Shown piece after piece: positions 1 to 12,171 of a stretch of DNA of 64,000 nt; position 1 is the first letter of the stretch; each line of letters begins with the position of its first letter. The notes beneath the pieces are model-generated. The model was not told where the DNA came from, did no database searches, and saw nothing but the letters and a program-made list of their open reading frames with translations. The DNA is taken from NCBI RefSeq assembly GCF_963921235.1, contig NC_086097.1:75022001-75086000 (forward strand). Reading direction: 5' to 3'. This DNA is from Mobula hypostoma. Its lineage: Eukaryota. Position numbers and translations under genes: made by a program.

Positions 1-281
1 GGCGACCCACTTTCTGGCACACATGAACCGGCTCACAACAGCGCGCGCAGGCAGAGGGCCGGCCCCAAAAAGGGCGCCAGGCCATCTTCACCAGCAGGGG
101 GAAAATCCCGCGCGCAGAAAGGGTCTGGAATATGCATTCCCCACAGCAATCCCGCCCAGGGAGGGCGGGAACGGGAAGGCTTTAAAGTGGGCTGCGAAGT
201 TTGAATAAATCTCTTTCATCGCAACTCTAACTCACCGACTCCGTGTGGTTATTCTAGCGCTGTGTGTAGCACATCGCTACA
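1..281 (+). mobile_element. LTR (solo or 3' LTR, probably Gypsy type); first few bases lie just outside the window
   Basis: CpG-rich block with TTTAAA, then AATAAA at ~204. It ends TCGCTACA, which matches an inferred TGT+GGCGA start as a short inverted repeat. No PBS follows and composition drops abruptly to AT-rich. Confidence 0.6.
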
Positions 282-1041
282 ATGCGGCGAAACCTGTTTG
301 TGAAACCACCGATCAGGTAGTAATTTACATGACAGTACCTGTAAGAAATCTGTTACTTTATAACTCCTGAAAAAACCTGCTCATTTGTACATTTTAAACA
401 CCATTTCCAATTAATTTCAATATGTAGTATTTGTGGATTACTGCATATGTATGGATTTAATCAGTGATCCATTCCAATTACAAACCTCTCAGTTTTGAGC
501 ATACGTTTAATAATAAAATCCTATAAAAGTAATGTACTTCAAAAATGAATTCATATTAATTTCATTTATAAGTACCCTCTATATCTGTGAAATCAGAGCA
601 ATAATTTAGTAATCATGTGCTTGACAGAAGATATATTTTATTTTGTTGTATTAGTCTGGTACTGTTCAACTGCAAGTTATTGGAAAAAGACACGAAACAG
701 TAAGACTCCAAAGATAATATATACAATAACAAATGATGAATGAAGTATTTTATATATAAAGAACTCATCCCTACATTGTTGGTTTGAAGTAGAGCTTTTC
801 AATACTGAATTGATGGATGGTATGTAATTCTTCAGCTTTAAGACATTCATTCCAAAATTCTGTCTTTAGTCTTTTAGACTCAGAAACGAGTGATTCACTA
901 GTCAGCTCTAAAAGGCCTTTTGAAAATTCTGAAGAAGTTTGTTTATCACTCTCTCTAGAAATCTCAGTTCAGTCTAATATAGCTAGGAAGAATGGCCTGT
1001 TGTCTGGGCAATTCATTTTATTTCCCCATGGCTATAACCAC

Positions 1042-1270
1042 ACAAAAACATCTGTTGAATCGTATTATATAAATCCTGACTGATAATCTAATATGCCCAA
1101 GGGACCTTTAATTTAGGTACTGTAAAAAAAGCCACGTGGTCTGCAAAAGTGCACTGTTAACACAACTTACTGCCTTCCTATCTGGATTCTACAAAAACGT
1201 CTGAAAAATTATGTTATATAAATCCTGATGTGTAAGCTAATACACCCCATGGGATTTTACTTTAGATATC
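1042..1270. repeat. Degenerate local duplication (two ~80 bp copies, 149 bp apart)
   Basis: ACAAAAAC.TCTG...TTATATAAATCCTGA...CTAATA..CCCA.GGGA.TTTA.TTTAG occurs at both 1042 and 1191. Confidence 0.65.
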
Positions 1271-1493
1271 ATTGAGAAAGGAGATTGACCCCTCCACATG
1301 ATAAACACAAGTTCATGGGCTGCACGTGGTTGGTTGTCGGAAATGACAAAAGGAAAGGTCAGGGATTGAAAGTAAACTGGCAGCAGAGATAGCAAAATCT
1401 TATGCATTCATTTAAAAAGCAGGTATGTTGGAATGCTCAGTGAAGAGAGTGTTGAAGTCAAAAACATATTTCTATAATTACCCAGCTTGAAAG

Positions 1494-1529
<36 letters not shown>

Positions 1530-1531
1530 AT
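1494..1531. repeat. (TA)n(TG)n microsatellite
   Basis: Directly visible. Confidence 0.95.
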
Positions 1532-2102
1532 ACAAAGATTAAAACACAAATTTTAATAAGCATATAGAACTTGTGTATCCCGTTTAATAACTTCAGATGA
1601 AGCTAGTAATTTAATAACTGACCTGCCTTGTGCAGCACATTTTGCCTGCCTTGTGATTCACTAGTGAAGTGTTCATATAATACAAGCATATCTGGAGAGG
1701 TAAAAGTTGTTTTCTTAAACACCAGAACTGCTTAAGCACAAGAAGAAAGTGGCCCTAACATTCAGTCACGCTGTATTAGTTGTTAAATGGACTGAGTTAA
1801 AATTATCAAGTAATTCTACAGTTTACTTTTAGCTATTTATTGAAACAGGGTAGGTACTCATTTAAAAAAATATTTTCTTTTTATCTTTCATTCAAACTGT
1901 GTAGTGAATATGGTGCTGATCAAGGAATAGTAATAACTCTTGTAACTGGTGTGTACCCCAAGCAACTCCAGTTAAAGCATACCAGAAAGCAACAATTCAC
2001 TTAACATTGTCTTGTTACAATCACTTCATACTGGACTGTTCTAACTTTCAGCTACGGCAGCTATGGAAGGGAAAATGGAATGAATGGAATTTAATGGTGG
2101 AG

Positions 2103-2230
2103 ATAGAAACACAGAAACCCTACAGCACAGTACAGGCCCTTTGGCCCACAATGCTGTGCCAAACATGTACTTACTTTAGAAATTACCTTGGGTTACCCAT
2201 AACCCTCTATTTTTCTAAACTCCATGTACC
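2103..2230 (-). mobile_element. CR1 LINE 3' terminal fragment
   Basis: Near-identical to the 3' end of the CR1 at 48214-49740 and to 39005-39130 (ATAGAAAC.. tail, CTACAGCACA.TACAGGCCCTT.GGCCCAC). Confidence 0.8.
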
Positions 2231-3800
2231 ATGAAAATAGATGATATTTTTCAGGAAGTTTACTTGATTATCTTATAAGTGTGGGATTAGAGAATTTTCT
2301 CTTTAGGTAGAAGATTAAATCAGAATTCAAGTAATAGTATGTTGTACATGATGCATAGCTGAAGTGGGCTGTTAAACTTGATGGTGTTTTCTCATTTCCA
2401 GCCTTCTATGTTTACAGCAGTGCAGATTTGCTGTTTCATGTACTAGATATTTATTTATGTGGCCCTTTTTAAATGGGCTGTCAGTTTTGTGCTGAAATGC
2501 ATGCCATTCTTTTATGTGGAATAAGGCCCACACCATTCTGCCAGGGATCATTAAAGCTTCTTGCACTTAAAATCCTTGCAGAAAAGTGACATCCATCCGA
2601 GAAATAAAAATCTCGTCCTTACCATTGTGTACAGTTGCCTAGTTTGCAAGTCTCTTTCATTTTCCTGAGTCTGGTTTGTTGCACTCCATTGGAGGATATA
2701 TGTAGAAGACATTGGGGTTGATTATTCTTTTGGGCAACTAATTGGCAAATCCCTCTGCCCAGATGCTCGTTTCAGTGGAGAAGAGACATTGTGCAAACCA
2801 ATCTTTTGAGTTAGAATTGCAATCCATGGGGAAAATGGCAGGCATTTCACTGCTGTTTGAAAGACTGTAGCTGCAAAACTGGCCACCCGCCAGGTAGATT
2901 TTGCGAGGCCAACTTACCTGATGGGGAATGATTGCTGATTTTGAGGATTTGAACACAGATGATGTTCCTTTTGGGGCTTTGTAGAAACATGGCTTCTTCC
3001 CTAAGTCTTACAACAATAACTCAGCACTGACTCCAAAAATCTCTTTTGGTTCCATTCCCAGTAAATCTCCTTGGAACTTACACAGCACAGACTACTTTCA
3101 ATCAAAAAAGGTAGTTGGTGTGCAGTTTACATTATTGTATGCAAGTTCCATATTAAAATTATCTTATTACCTTTAATAGACAAGCAGTTTGGACAAATGA
3201 GGAGATAACTTTCAAAAGACAAACCTCCAAAATATGATGCTTGGGAGCTGGCAAGGTTATAGCTTTCTTCTAATACTGGTTTCATCTAATGAAGATTGAC
3301 TCATTGCTTCAGCTTCACCTGATGTTAATGGAATTGCTTCAGAAGTAAAGGTGACAGTGGTCTAGAAATCCATTTTGCTAAATTGATCGGCCTAATTTGC
3401 ACTCAACATCACACCTCAGATAACCTGAAACCTGTGTCACATAGCTTATTGGAACCATAAAGAAATGTATTGTACAAGGGTTAGCAGATTGGTTACTTGC
3501 CTACTTTAGGGAAAAGGCAGTCGAATACATTATCAACTGAAACTTACAGCTATAAAGCAACCTTTAGCAATCTAGTTAGCAAATTGAGACTGGTATTGCA
3601 ATGAGATCGTCATCTTGCTGCGCCTCCTCCTTCTTCTCATTTTCCTTCTCTCCACCCCCTTCCCCCTTCTAGGGAATATTGGCAAATGATGTGAGCACAG
3701 AACTATTGAAATATCAACACCCTTGCTCTCTCCATGAGTGTTGGTTTATCTAAGTAGGAGTCTCAGTACAATTTTTTTTTACAATAGAGAGCTGCTGGTT

Positions 3801-4408
3801 CTTTAAGGTTGTCATAGCTGGGAGATGGGGATGCTCCCACTACCTATTAAATGCTCCAAATGATGTGTGTCTCAAATATTTTCTGACAACCAAAGGTGTG
3901 CATCTCAAATATCCTCTGATGGGCTCCTGGTCTCCATGAGTGGTTTAGCCACTACACCCGACGGAACTGTTTCTACTATAAGGAGAAGGGGCAAAGGCGG
4001 GTTACTGGTGCCTTAAAACCAGTCACTTTGGGCAGAAGGGGGCTCATCAGCCGTGGTTGGCAGCTCACCTAGGAGAAGGAAAACTCTGATCTCACGCCTC
4101 TGCTGCCCTGTGGCTATATCCACCCGTGGGGGAGGCTTCGGAAGTAAACCCCAAGGAAAAGTCTGGAGCTGGAGTCTCTAAGGCAGCCTTAAGTTGAGTT
4201 CAACACGGACTGGAAACTCCTGCGATGCCACTGGTACCAAACTGTATCAGTCTCTGCCGTTCCTTTGGATTCATCAGCTGCATGGAGAGGGGGAGCCCTG
4301 CTGCACGGGCAATAGCTTGCTCTCCATATCATACAGCCCTGACTTGCGTATCACGGAGACAGCTAAGATGCAATATCCATGGTTGGCCCTGACCATAGAG
4401 GGCTTCAC
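3801..4408 (+). mobile_element. ~600 bp non-autonomous retroelement, probably bipartite RTE-derived (copy 1)
   Basis: Colinear with 36808-37398. Contains CTAGGAGAAGGAAAACTCTGATCTCA (recalled as RTE 5' UTR-like) and ends CCATGGT..CCCTGACC..GAGG. No long ORF. Weak TSD AGCTGCTG/AGCTACTG. Confidence 0.6.
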
Positions 4409-5189
4409 AGCTACTGTCCCTTTATGATACGGAAATCTTTGTGGTGTATGATCTCGGGATTTGCAGATGGTCACATCTGTAACACTGCTGAAGCATTTCA
4501 CCTGTGGGGATCCGTTCATCGCCCTGACCCAAAAAATACACAAATTCTGATGAGCGTCAACACATTTGAAGTTAACATTTGACTAGCCCTGGTTAGCAAC
4601 TCATCAGTCAATTGCCTTGCCAAGAAGGAGACACTGGACATGACTCAACAGCATCCTGGCATGATGTACGGGGGAAAAAATGGTACTATTAGTTTCTAGC
4701 TACTGGTAACATGACTGGATGCAGGTCATCCTTAGCTGGCTGCAGATATCTGTCTGCAGCGGTTGCCTAATGGAACACTGCTTTTCTAAGCTGTAAGCGA
4801 CTCTCCTATCTCTGGACAATACATCCTGGCGTGAGTAGAGAATGCTAGAGATTATGCATGCAAGCACTGGACTAAAATTGCAGTCACTATTAAAACAGGG
4901 GGCACAGATTCAGGGGAAAATGGCTGGCTGCAAGATATCTGTAACAGAGGACTACAGGGCTCAAGGGAGATAAGAAATTCAGAGCAACTGAAAAAATAGC
5001 ACATCAAAGGAGCACAGAGGCTTATAGCAGTATTAGAGATAGAAGGTAAATGAATCACATTTACATCAATGCAAAATGGCATGTCAATGTAGGACATATA
5101 GGCAAAGCAAACCATTCTGGACAAAATCCGATAAACCATAAATAATTACATGGACATCCACAAGTAGTAAAGGAAATTACAAGATATAT

Positions 5190-5600
5190 AGGAGATATAG
5201 TAAGATGATGAAAAAGGAAATTAGAAGAGCTAAAAGGAAACGTAAAATACTAGTACAGAAATGTGCATTGGCTTTTTTCAAAGCATAATAAAATTAAAAG
5301 AATAATTAAAGAGCATGGAACTGCTTATGGATGACGTGGGAAATCGTCGGAAGAAGATTCAGAGCAGATAGTTTGCATTTGCTTTAATCAGTGACAGTAT
5401 AAGTAAAAATGCAAGTGTACTAAAGAAATTGGAATTATTTTAAAGTAACTTTGCAAAAATAATTGGTTCTGAATAAATTAATAAAACTCAATACAGATAA
5501 GTCATGAGTCCTAATGACATGCATACCAGATGGTAGATAATTATTTAGTGCTGGAGGACTGAAGGATAATCAATATATTACCTTTGAGGGAAAATACAGT
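5190..5600 (+). mobile_element. Ancient CR1 ORF2 remnant
   Basis: Reads KKEIRRAKR and KLNTDKS*SPNDMHTR, resembling CR1 LKVDKSPGPDGIHPR. Confidence 0.5.
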
Positions 5601-7464
5601 AATGGTAGTACAATGTTAATATATTGATTGGATGTTAATTTCATAGTTTCAAAATGGCTGATCATTATTGTTTGAAGAAAAACTTTACTTTAAAGTTCCG
5701 TGAAAACTAATTTTCCATGAATATATATATACATAATTAGCTTTATACCCAACATGTAATTGCTACCACTTTTCATCACTATCTTGTGTTTTCAATGAAC
5801 AAATCCCATGAGAAGATAAAGTCTCTTAAAGGACCTTATTTTTGTTTCCTATCCTGTACACAGTATTATCTAAAAAAAAGGTTCCTAGTCTGTAAATGGA
5901 ATAAATTATCAGTTATTTTTTAAGGCAAAAATAATGAACAAAGCATCTTAATTCGGACTAGTTCATACCAGAGATAATCTTTGCAGATAATATTGATCTT
6001 GAAAGAAGGTGGGGCACTTCCATATGCTACTCACATTAGTTTACTTGACACTTTCTTGATACCATGTATGCACCTAATATCCTGATTGGTAAAATGCCCA
6101 TTTCTGCCCTACCAACATAAATTGGAGCTCAAAGGTCCAATTTGACACCTTCACAAAAAAACAACAAAAGAGCCCATCATGTTAAGATCCTCAGAATCAA
6201 ATTAAAGAGCCTCCATTCTTCTTTAGGACTATTGATCAAAATATTTACTTGAAGTGATATTTACATCGTGAAAGCATTTGCTTTTTCATGACTTGCAGCT
6301 TTAAAATTTTTGCACTTCGTACATTATCCTGTCATTTCTGTCTCACTTGTCATTCTTTAACTTAATGTTCTATTGGGTCACTCTCTGCATGAGACTCCAG
6401 TGCAGTGATGAATCACATGGGGGGCATGGGGAGACTACACATTGGTGATGATTGCCATGTTTACCCTCTGACCTTCTCTACCCATAGCCATTTCAAGATA
6501 TGGCAATGGATCACTGCAGATCCCATAAGGTCCTGTATAACAACTTATCACTCTATCCAATGTTTGGCCAATATTATGACTTTGTGGAAGAAACAAATGG
6601 GTCTTACTGACAAGTGCAATGTTGACTGACCTCACGAAATGTAGAATCATTTGTGGAATCCTGTGGAATCTTTGAAACTTATGGCAGAGAAAGGAGACCA
6701 TTTCTCTCATCATAGTCATACTATACAAAATAGCTATTCAGTTAAATTTCACTTCTCAGTCCTCAATCCATAACTTGTAGATAATGATAATATTTATGTT
6801 GGTGACACACATCTTTTCAGTTTTTTAAAGTCACCTCCAGTCCGGTGTGGAACTAGATTTTGTACCAATATCTAAGATGACAAACTGAATGAGAGCAAGT
6901 GATCCCAAACCAAGTTCTCCTGTCTTCCCTTTGAAAAAGGCTTCATATCACATGAAGTTTTAAAGATGAATGTTGAAAGAATTAATGAAGGTAAATTGTG
7001 CTCAAGTGTTAAAGATGTGATGAGGCAAACATTATCACAGAAATTTAAGAGTCTGAATTTCCAACAAGACACTTCAACTCCAACAACTTCAAAAATAGAG
7101 TGGCAGTAGCCTTCCGGAAATCAGTGACTTTCAAAGCAAGGTGTGTTTTGGATAGCAAGCACCTTGAAAAAGAAACTTGAGAATTTCATACATTATATCT
7201 CATTAGCAAAATTAGAGCCTCTGTTTGAACTGCCAGTCAGGCTGTGAACCATTAGTCCATTATTATGATTCATGAATGCAATTTCAATTTAATCTGAATA
7301 TGGTGGCCCACCACTTCGTTCTTACTTTGGATGCAGTTGCGCAATTCATCTATAAATGGACCATAATATAATTGCACTTCCAGTGAGGGAGTGAAAACTT
7401 GGCAGCAATACAGGCATGTGCTGGGAAGTAGAAGGAGAAAAAAAAAGATGTGCATTTGTGTCAC

Positions 7465-7850
7465 ATTTTATCATGTTGCTCAGAAGCATCCCAGGGACCT
7501 TCACCTGCAGTGAATTATTCTGAAGCGCAGTTAATTTTATACAGGCATTATGACAACCCTAATGTTCAAAAATAGAAGGGAAATGAATGTCCAGTCAATC
7601 TGCATTGGCAGCACTGATTAAATTTTGAATCTTAACCAAGCTACTGGGTCAATTCCTTGCCCCTTAACCAATGGTGTCATGTGATCTTTAATATTAACTT
7701 GATCACAGTTATGACTCTAGTTTAAAGTCTCCTTGGAAGCATAATACCTCTAACAATGAAACAATTACTTCATCCTGCACTTAGACCACACTCAACTCGT
7801 GGGATGGAGATTTACAGTACTTCTTCCATTGAGAGAAATTCAGAGAGTGA
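7465..7850 (-). mobile_element. Old Deu-domain SINE (SacSINE1/AmnSINE-like)
   Basis: Degenerate, colinear with the 17715-18035 copy (CATCCCAGGGACCTTCAC...GTGTCATGTGATCTTTAAT...TTTAAAGTCTC). Confidence 0.5.
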
Positions 7851-8077
7851 GATCACTTGTACAATTTTTTGTTATTTTCTATCTTGCTTTGAACTTGCAG
7901 CCTACTAATTTTACTGACCTACAAAATGGGTATTAAAACACCAATCCAGTCACCCAGAGGCCGTTGTCAAAGGCTGCATTTGAGAAGATTATGGAATCTA
8001 CTGCTTGCATGCCCCACAATGGGTACATTTAAAAGGCTTTGTCAAAATTAAGGGGAGCTCTGTTGATCCATTCGAAA

Positions 8078-8227
8078 GGCATAAAACTGCAGATGCTGAA
8101 ACCTAAAATAATAACAGAAAATTCTTAGGTTGGCAATGTTCATTAGCACTGATAAAGGCTTACCGACATGAAATCATAATCCCATTTTTCTCTCAGCAAA
8201 TGCTGCCTGACCTGCTGCAACTTTCCA
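8078..8227. mobile_element. Penelope-terminus-derived miniature element with partial inverted structure
   Basis: CTGCAGATGCTGAAA head, decayed hammerhead CTGATAA...TGAAA, and ATGCTGCCTGACCTGCTG. TSD-like flanks TCTGTTGATCCATT (8059-8072) and TCTGTTAATCAATT (8228-8241). Confidence 0.6.
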
Positions 8228-8454
8228 TCTGTTAATCAATTACAAATTCTTGTAACTGCCGGAATCCCAGTCAGCTCTTAAAGAAACAGGCAGTACAATT
8301 CCAGTTATTGAAGCCTTGCTGTTTAAGTAATGGATGTTATAGTGGTGGGTAAGTGTGGTGGTGTTTGGGGGGGGGTGCTGGGTAGGAGGAGAAGGATGAG
8401 CAGTGAATTTGTGTGTGTGTGTATATATCGGGGAAAGGGTTGTTCCTAAGGCAT

Positions 8455-8550
8455 TAACTGTGTACCTTCATGCTCCTGTACCACCTCTCTGATGGTAGTA
8501 ACAAATAAAGGGCATGTCCTGGGTGGTGGGGATTGTTAATGATGGATGGA
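8455..8550 (-). mobile_element. Rex1/Babar LINE 3' fragment
   Basis: Reverse strand encodes an SII..PHHPGHAL.LLPS.R.YRS.K-type motif shared with the other Rex1 copies here. Confidence 0.65.
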
Positions 8551-8559
8551 TAAAACATT

Positions 8560-9120
8560 CCAGGCAAACACATGAGGTTGTGTCTGAGGTTCCAGCAGGG
8601 TAGAGAAGTTACCAGCATAAAGGGTATAGTTTCACTCTTGGCCCCTCAGGTTCCTTGGTTTCAGGGGAAGCTCACTTCATCGAAACTGACTATTCTGCAA
8701 GTAGAGAAGAGCTATCTTATTTTTAGATCAGTTGGGGTGAAAATCATATTAGAGTCAATTTCCACACGTTGCACTAATGTTGCTGTTTTGTAAATTAATA
8801 TGAAGGCAAATAAAAATACCATAAAGAAAAGCCAAGAGTTGGATTTCTCAATGAGTATCAGGAAACCAGGAAATGGGCTCAATATTGCTCCACCCCGGGT
8901 CAAGCTGATTTTCAATAGCACATCACCATTCATCTCTAAGTGTAACTCATCTTTGGAGTTGAATGTAGGTTTGCGGAAATTCAGATACACAATATTTCTT
9001 CTTTCCAAAACCCTTGTTTCTCCACTGATTCAGATGAAAGCAGTATGTTCTCATAAACAAAGAGGAGCAAAGATTGGATCCAAAGGAATTGCTCCGCTGT
9101 TGGCATCCATTTCATAAAGT
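8560..9120 (-). mobile_element. Ancient CR1 RT remnant
   Basis: ORF 8712-9008 begins NIVYLNFRK, resembling DIVYLDFSKAFD. Highly decayed. Confidence 0.35.
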
Positions 9121-9199
9121 CATAGCAAACTAGATTAGTGCACATAAAGAAATAAACTCAAATGATCATTTGGTCTTCTTCCTATAGCAAAGACATTAA

Positions 9200-10070
9200 T
9201 AAGTTCGGAAGGTTGCAGAGAAAATTTACAAAGACATGGCCAGGACTTGAGGATCTGAGTTTACAGGTAAAGATTGAATAGGTTTTGACTTTATTCCCTG
9301 GGGCTAGGAGAACGTCTGAAGATTTGATGGAGGTATACCAAATTATGAGTGGCATAGATAGGGTAAGTGCAAGCAGGCTTTTTCCACTGAGGTTAGGTAA
9401 GACTAGTACTAGAGATCATGGGTTAAGAGTTAAATGCCAGGATAATCAAGGACACGACCCACCCAGCCAACACACTTTTTGTCCCTCTTCCCTCCGGGAG
9501 AAGGCTCAGGAGCTTGAAGATTCATACGGCCAGATTTGGGAACAGCTTCTTTCCAACTGTGATAAGACTGCTGAACAGATCCTGACCCGGATCTGGGCCG
9601 TACCCTCCAAATATCCGGACCTGCATCTCGTTTTTTTTTGCACTACCTTACTTTCCATTTTTCTATTTTTCTATTTATGATTTATGATTTAAATTTTTAA
9701 TATTTACTATCGATTTGTAATCCAGGGAGTGGGAAGCGCAGAATCAAATATCACTATGATGATTGTACGTTCTAGTATCAATTGTTTGGTGACAATAAAG
9801 TATAAAGTATAAATGTGAAATATTCAGAGGAACAGGAAGGGGAATTTCTTCATTCAGAGGGTGGTGAGAGCATGGAACAAGCTGCCAATGGAAGTGATGG
9901 ATACCGGTTCGATTTCACCATTTAAGAGAAATTTGGGCAAGTACATACATGGAAGGGGTATGAAGGGTTATAATCCGGGTGCAGGTCAATAGGACTAGGT
10001 AAATTAATAGTTTGGCATGGACCAGATGGGCTGAACGGCTTGTTTCTGTGCTATAGTACTCTATGACTCT
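9200..10070 (+). mobile_element. CR1 3' portion interrupted by a Rex1 insertion
   Basis: DLMEVYQIMSGIDRV and TRDHGLRV motifs, ending in a CTCTATGACTCTA tail. Split at 9437-9815. Confidence 0.8.
9437..9815 (+). mobile_element. Rex1/Babar 3' fragment nested in CR1
   Basis: IIKDTTHPANTLFVPLPSGRRLRSLK and a (TAAAGTA)n tail. TAAATG on both sides (9431-9436, 9810-9815). Confidence 0.8.
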
Positions 10071-11805
10071 AAAATCTATTAGACAAAGCAAGTTTATTAA
10101 AACTTGATAGCTCATAAGACATCCTGAGGATTTGCAATGCATGATTAACCTATGATTGCCATATCAGTTGAAGCCAACTTGCCAGCTAGCATTGACCTGC
10201 ATGATTCATTTCCATCTATAATAACCCAGACAGATACTGATGGTGTGGAATCCATTTGTTCTAATAAATTTCAGAATTTGCAAGTGGTACCTGCAAAAGG
10301 GCATTCATCCAGCCCAAAATGCTCTAACTCTTTGGGTAGGCTGTTGAATGTTGCTGACTGGAGATGTGAACAGTACTGGGATAGAGAGTGCCTGTCTGTT
10401 CTAATTTGATCCACATTCCTCAATCAGCGAGCAGCAGAGGGCATACAATGAGATGTCAGAAATATCTTCAGATCGTGTCAATAAGGAGCCCAATAGATAG
10501 AAATTTCAAGTCTGTTTTGATGGCAGATTTGTATTGCATTTCAAGGTGAATATCCACCAGTGCACCTGGCATACTTGTTGCAGTAGGCTTTAGCAATCTT
10601 AATCAACTTCTAGTAAGCACTAAACATAATAACAACCAGTAGAAATCAATCAGCAACTAGTCTGAAAGTAGCTAATGTTCCCTTTAAATAGCACTTGTGC
10701 AGGTTTTTCATGCTGCTTAAATTGTAATCAGCTCTCAGAAGTTAAGAGATGCAATTATTTGGTGTGTGGAGCTCCAAAGCGTACCACAAGTGAATTAAAA
10801 TTGGACTTTAAAAAAATCTCCTTACAGCTCACATTTTTCATTTGCTGATTGTGACGATCTCATAGTTTAAGTTATAGTGTCTCTTGATTATGCTTCTCAG
10901 CGCAGCTTTAGTTGATCAGTATAGAACAACAGAAACAAAGCACAAATGGAGTTTTTTTGGTGCACTAAATAGCTCTCGAGAAGAATAATTGTGTTGAGTC
11001 ACACCCCAATTATTATTTTTTGTCCCATAATTCATTAAGTCATTCATTCTCAAACATTTGTCTGTTTCTTTTGTAAAGTGACTTATGGAATTATATTTCA
11101 CTCCCGTTTCTAAAGGATTATAGCATAACAAATGAGATTATTTTTCTTTATCTTCTCGTAGAAATTTTGGACATATATGCAGATTCTGTGATCCACTTCA
11201 TAAAGGAAAAAATACTGATAAAAAACCAGCCTGTAATATTACTTCTGAATCTCTTTCTGCTGGTGCTACCTAACCTACAAATTATTGCTTTTGAATATTT
11301 TTGTTTCATGAATTCAATCCTCAAAACCTCCAATGGGTTACTGTTAGCCAAGGAGAACAGGCTTAACTTCTCCAATCTGCCCTCATAACAGAAGATACTC
11401 AACTTTCACGCATTCTGTTAAACTTTCAAATCTTTCCCGGGGCTTTATATTTGTACTGAATTGTTCATCCGGAAATGCCTATATGCCCTGATAGCTAAAA
11501 TATAAAGTTCCAGCGTGATCCCCACACTTTTCATTGATTCAAAATACAGGAAACCCAAATATCTTAGGAACTTGCACAGCTTTTGCATAATCTGCAGACA
11601 CCAACATTTCTTCCCTCATGTCCTCTCTGATCTTGTACACTTACAATGTCACATTTATTTCCAATGCTTAGATGTTTCTTGATGTCAAAGTATTTCCATT
11701 GTTCCTATCTCCATGTGCAGACATTTAGATCATTTACACCTGGGCAATTCATTGTCCCACAAACAGCATTAACTTTTATCCTTATAGCTTAATGAACATC
11801 AGTAT

Positions 11806-11942
11806 ATTTTAAAGCACTTCACAGGCTGGTAGCAAAGAAAGTTTAATACACATGTAAGGATATGTTAGGGCAAATGACTAAATGCTTGGTCAAAGGTGCA
11901 AAGGTGGAGAGGTTTAAGGAGAGAACCACAGAGCTTAGAGCT
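11806..11942 (-). mobile_element. L2-type LINE 3' end remnant
   Basis: AAAGCACTTCACAGG...GCTTGGTCAAAG...GGAGAGGTTTA.GGAG...CAGAGCTTAG resembles the recalled shark L2 3' end. Confidence 0.45.
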
Positions 11943-12171
11943 TTTTTTAGTTGAAGGAGCATTTGTCTTTGGTGTGATTATACTGGGGGCTTATCCCCTC
12001 CCTGTCTTAGTAAACTTTCTGATCCAAGATATCTTTGCCTTCAACTCGCGCCTTTTGATCATCTGTAAATTTAAGTGTTTTCTACTGGTAGTCACATTAT
12101 AAAGTGCTAATGCTTTAAGTTTTTGTATTTCATCCCTAAAGTTCTCTTCTTTGCTTCACTTTTTAAAGTTT

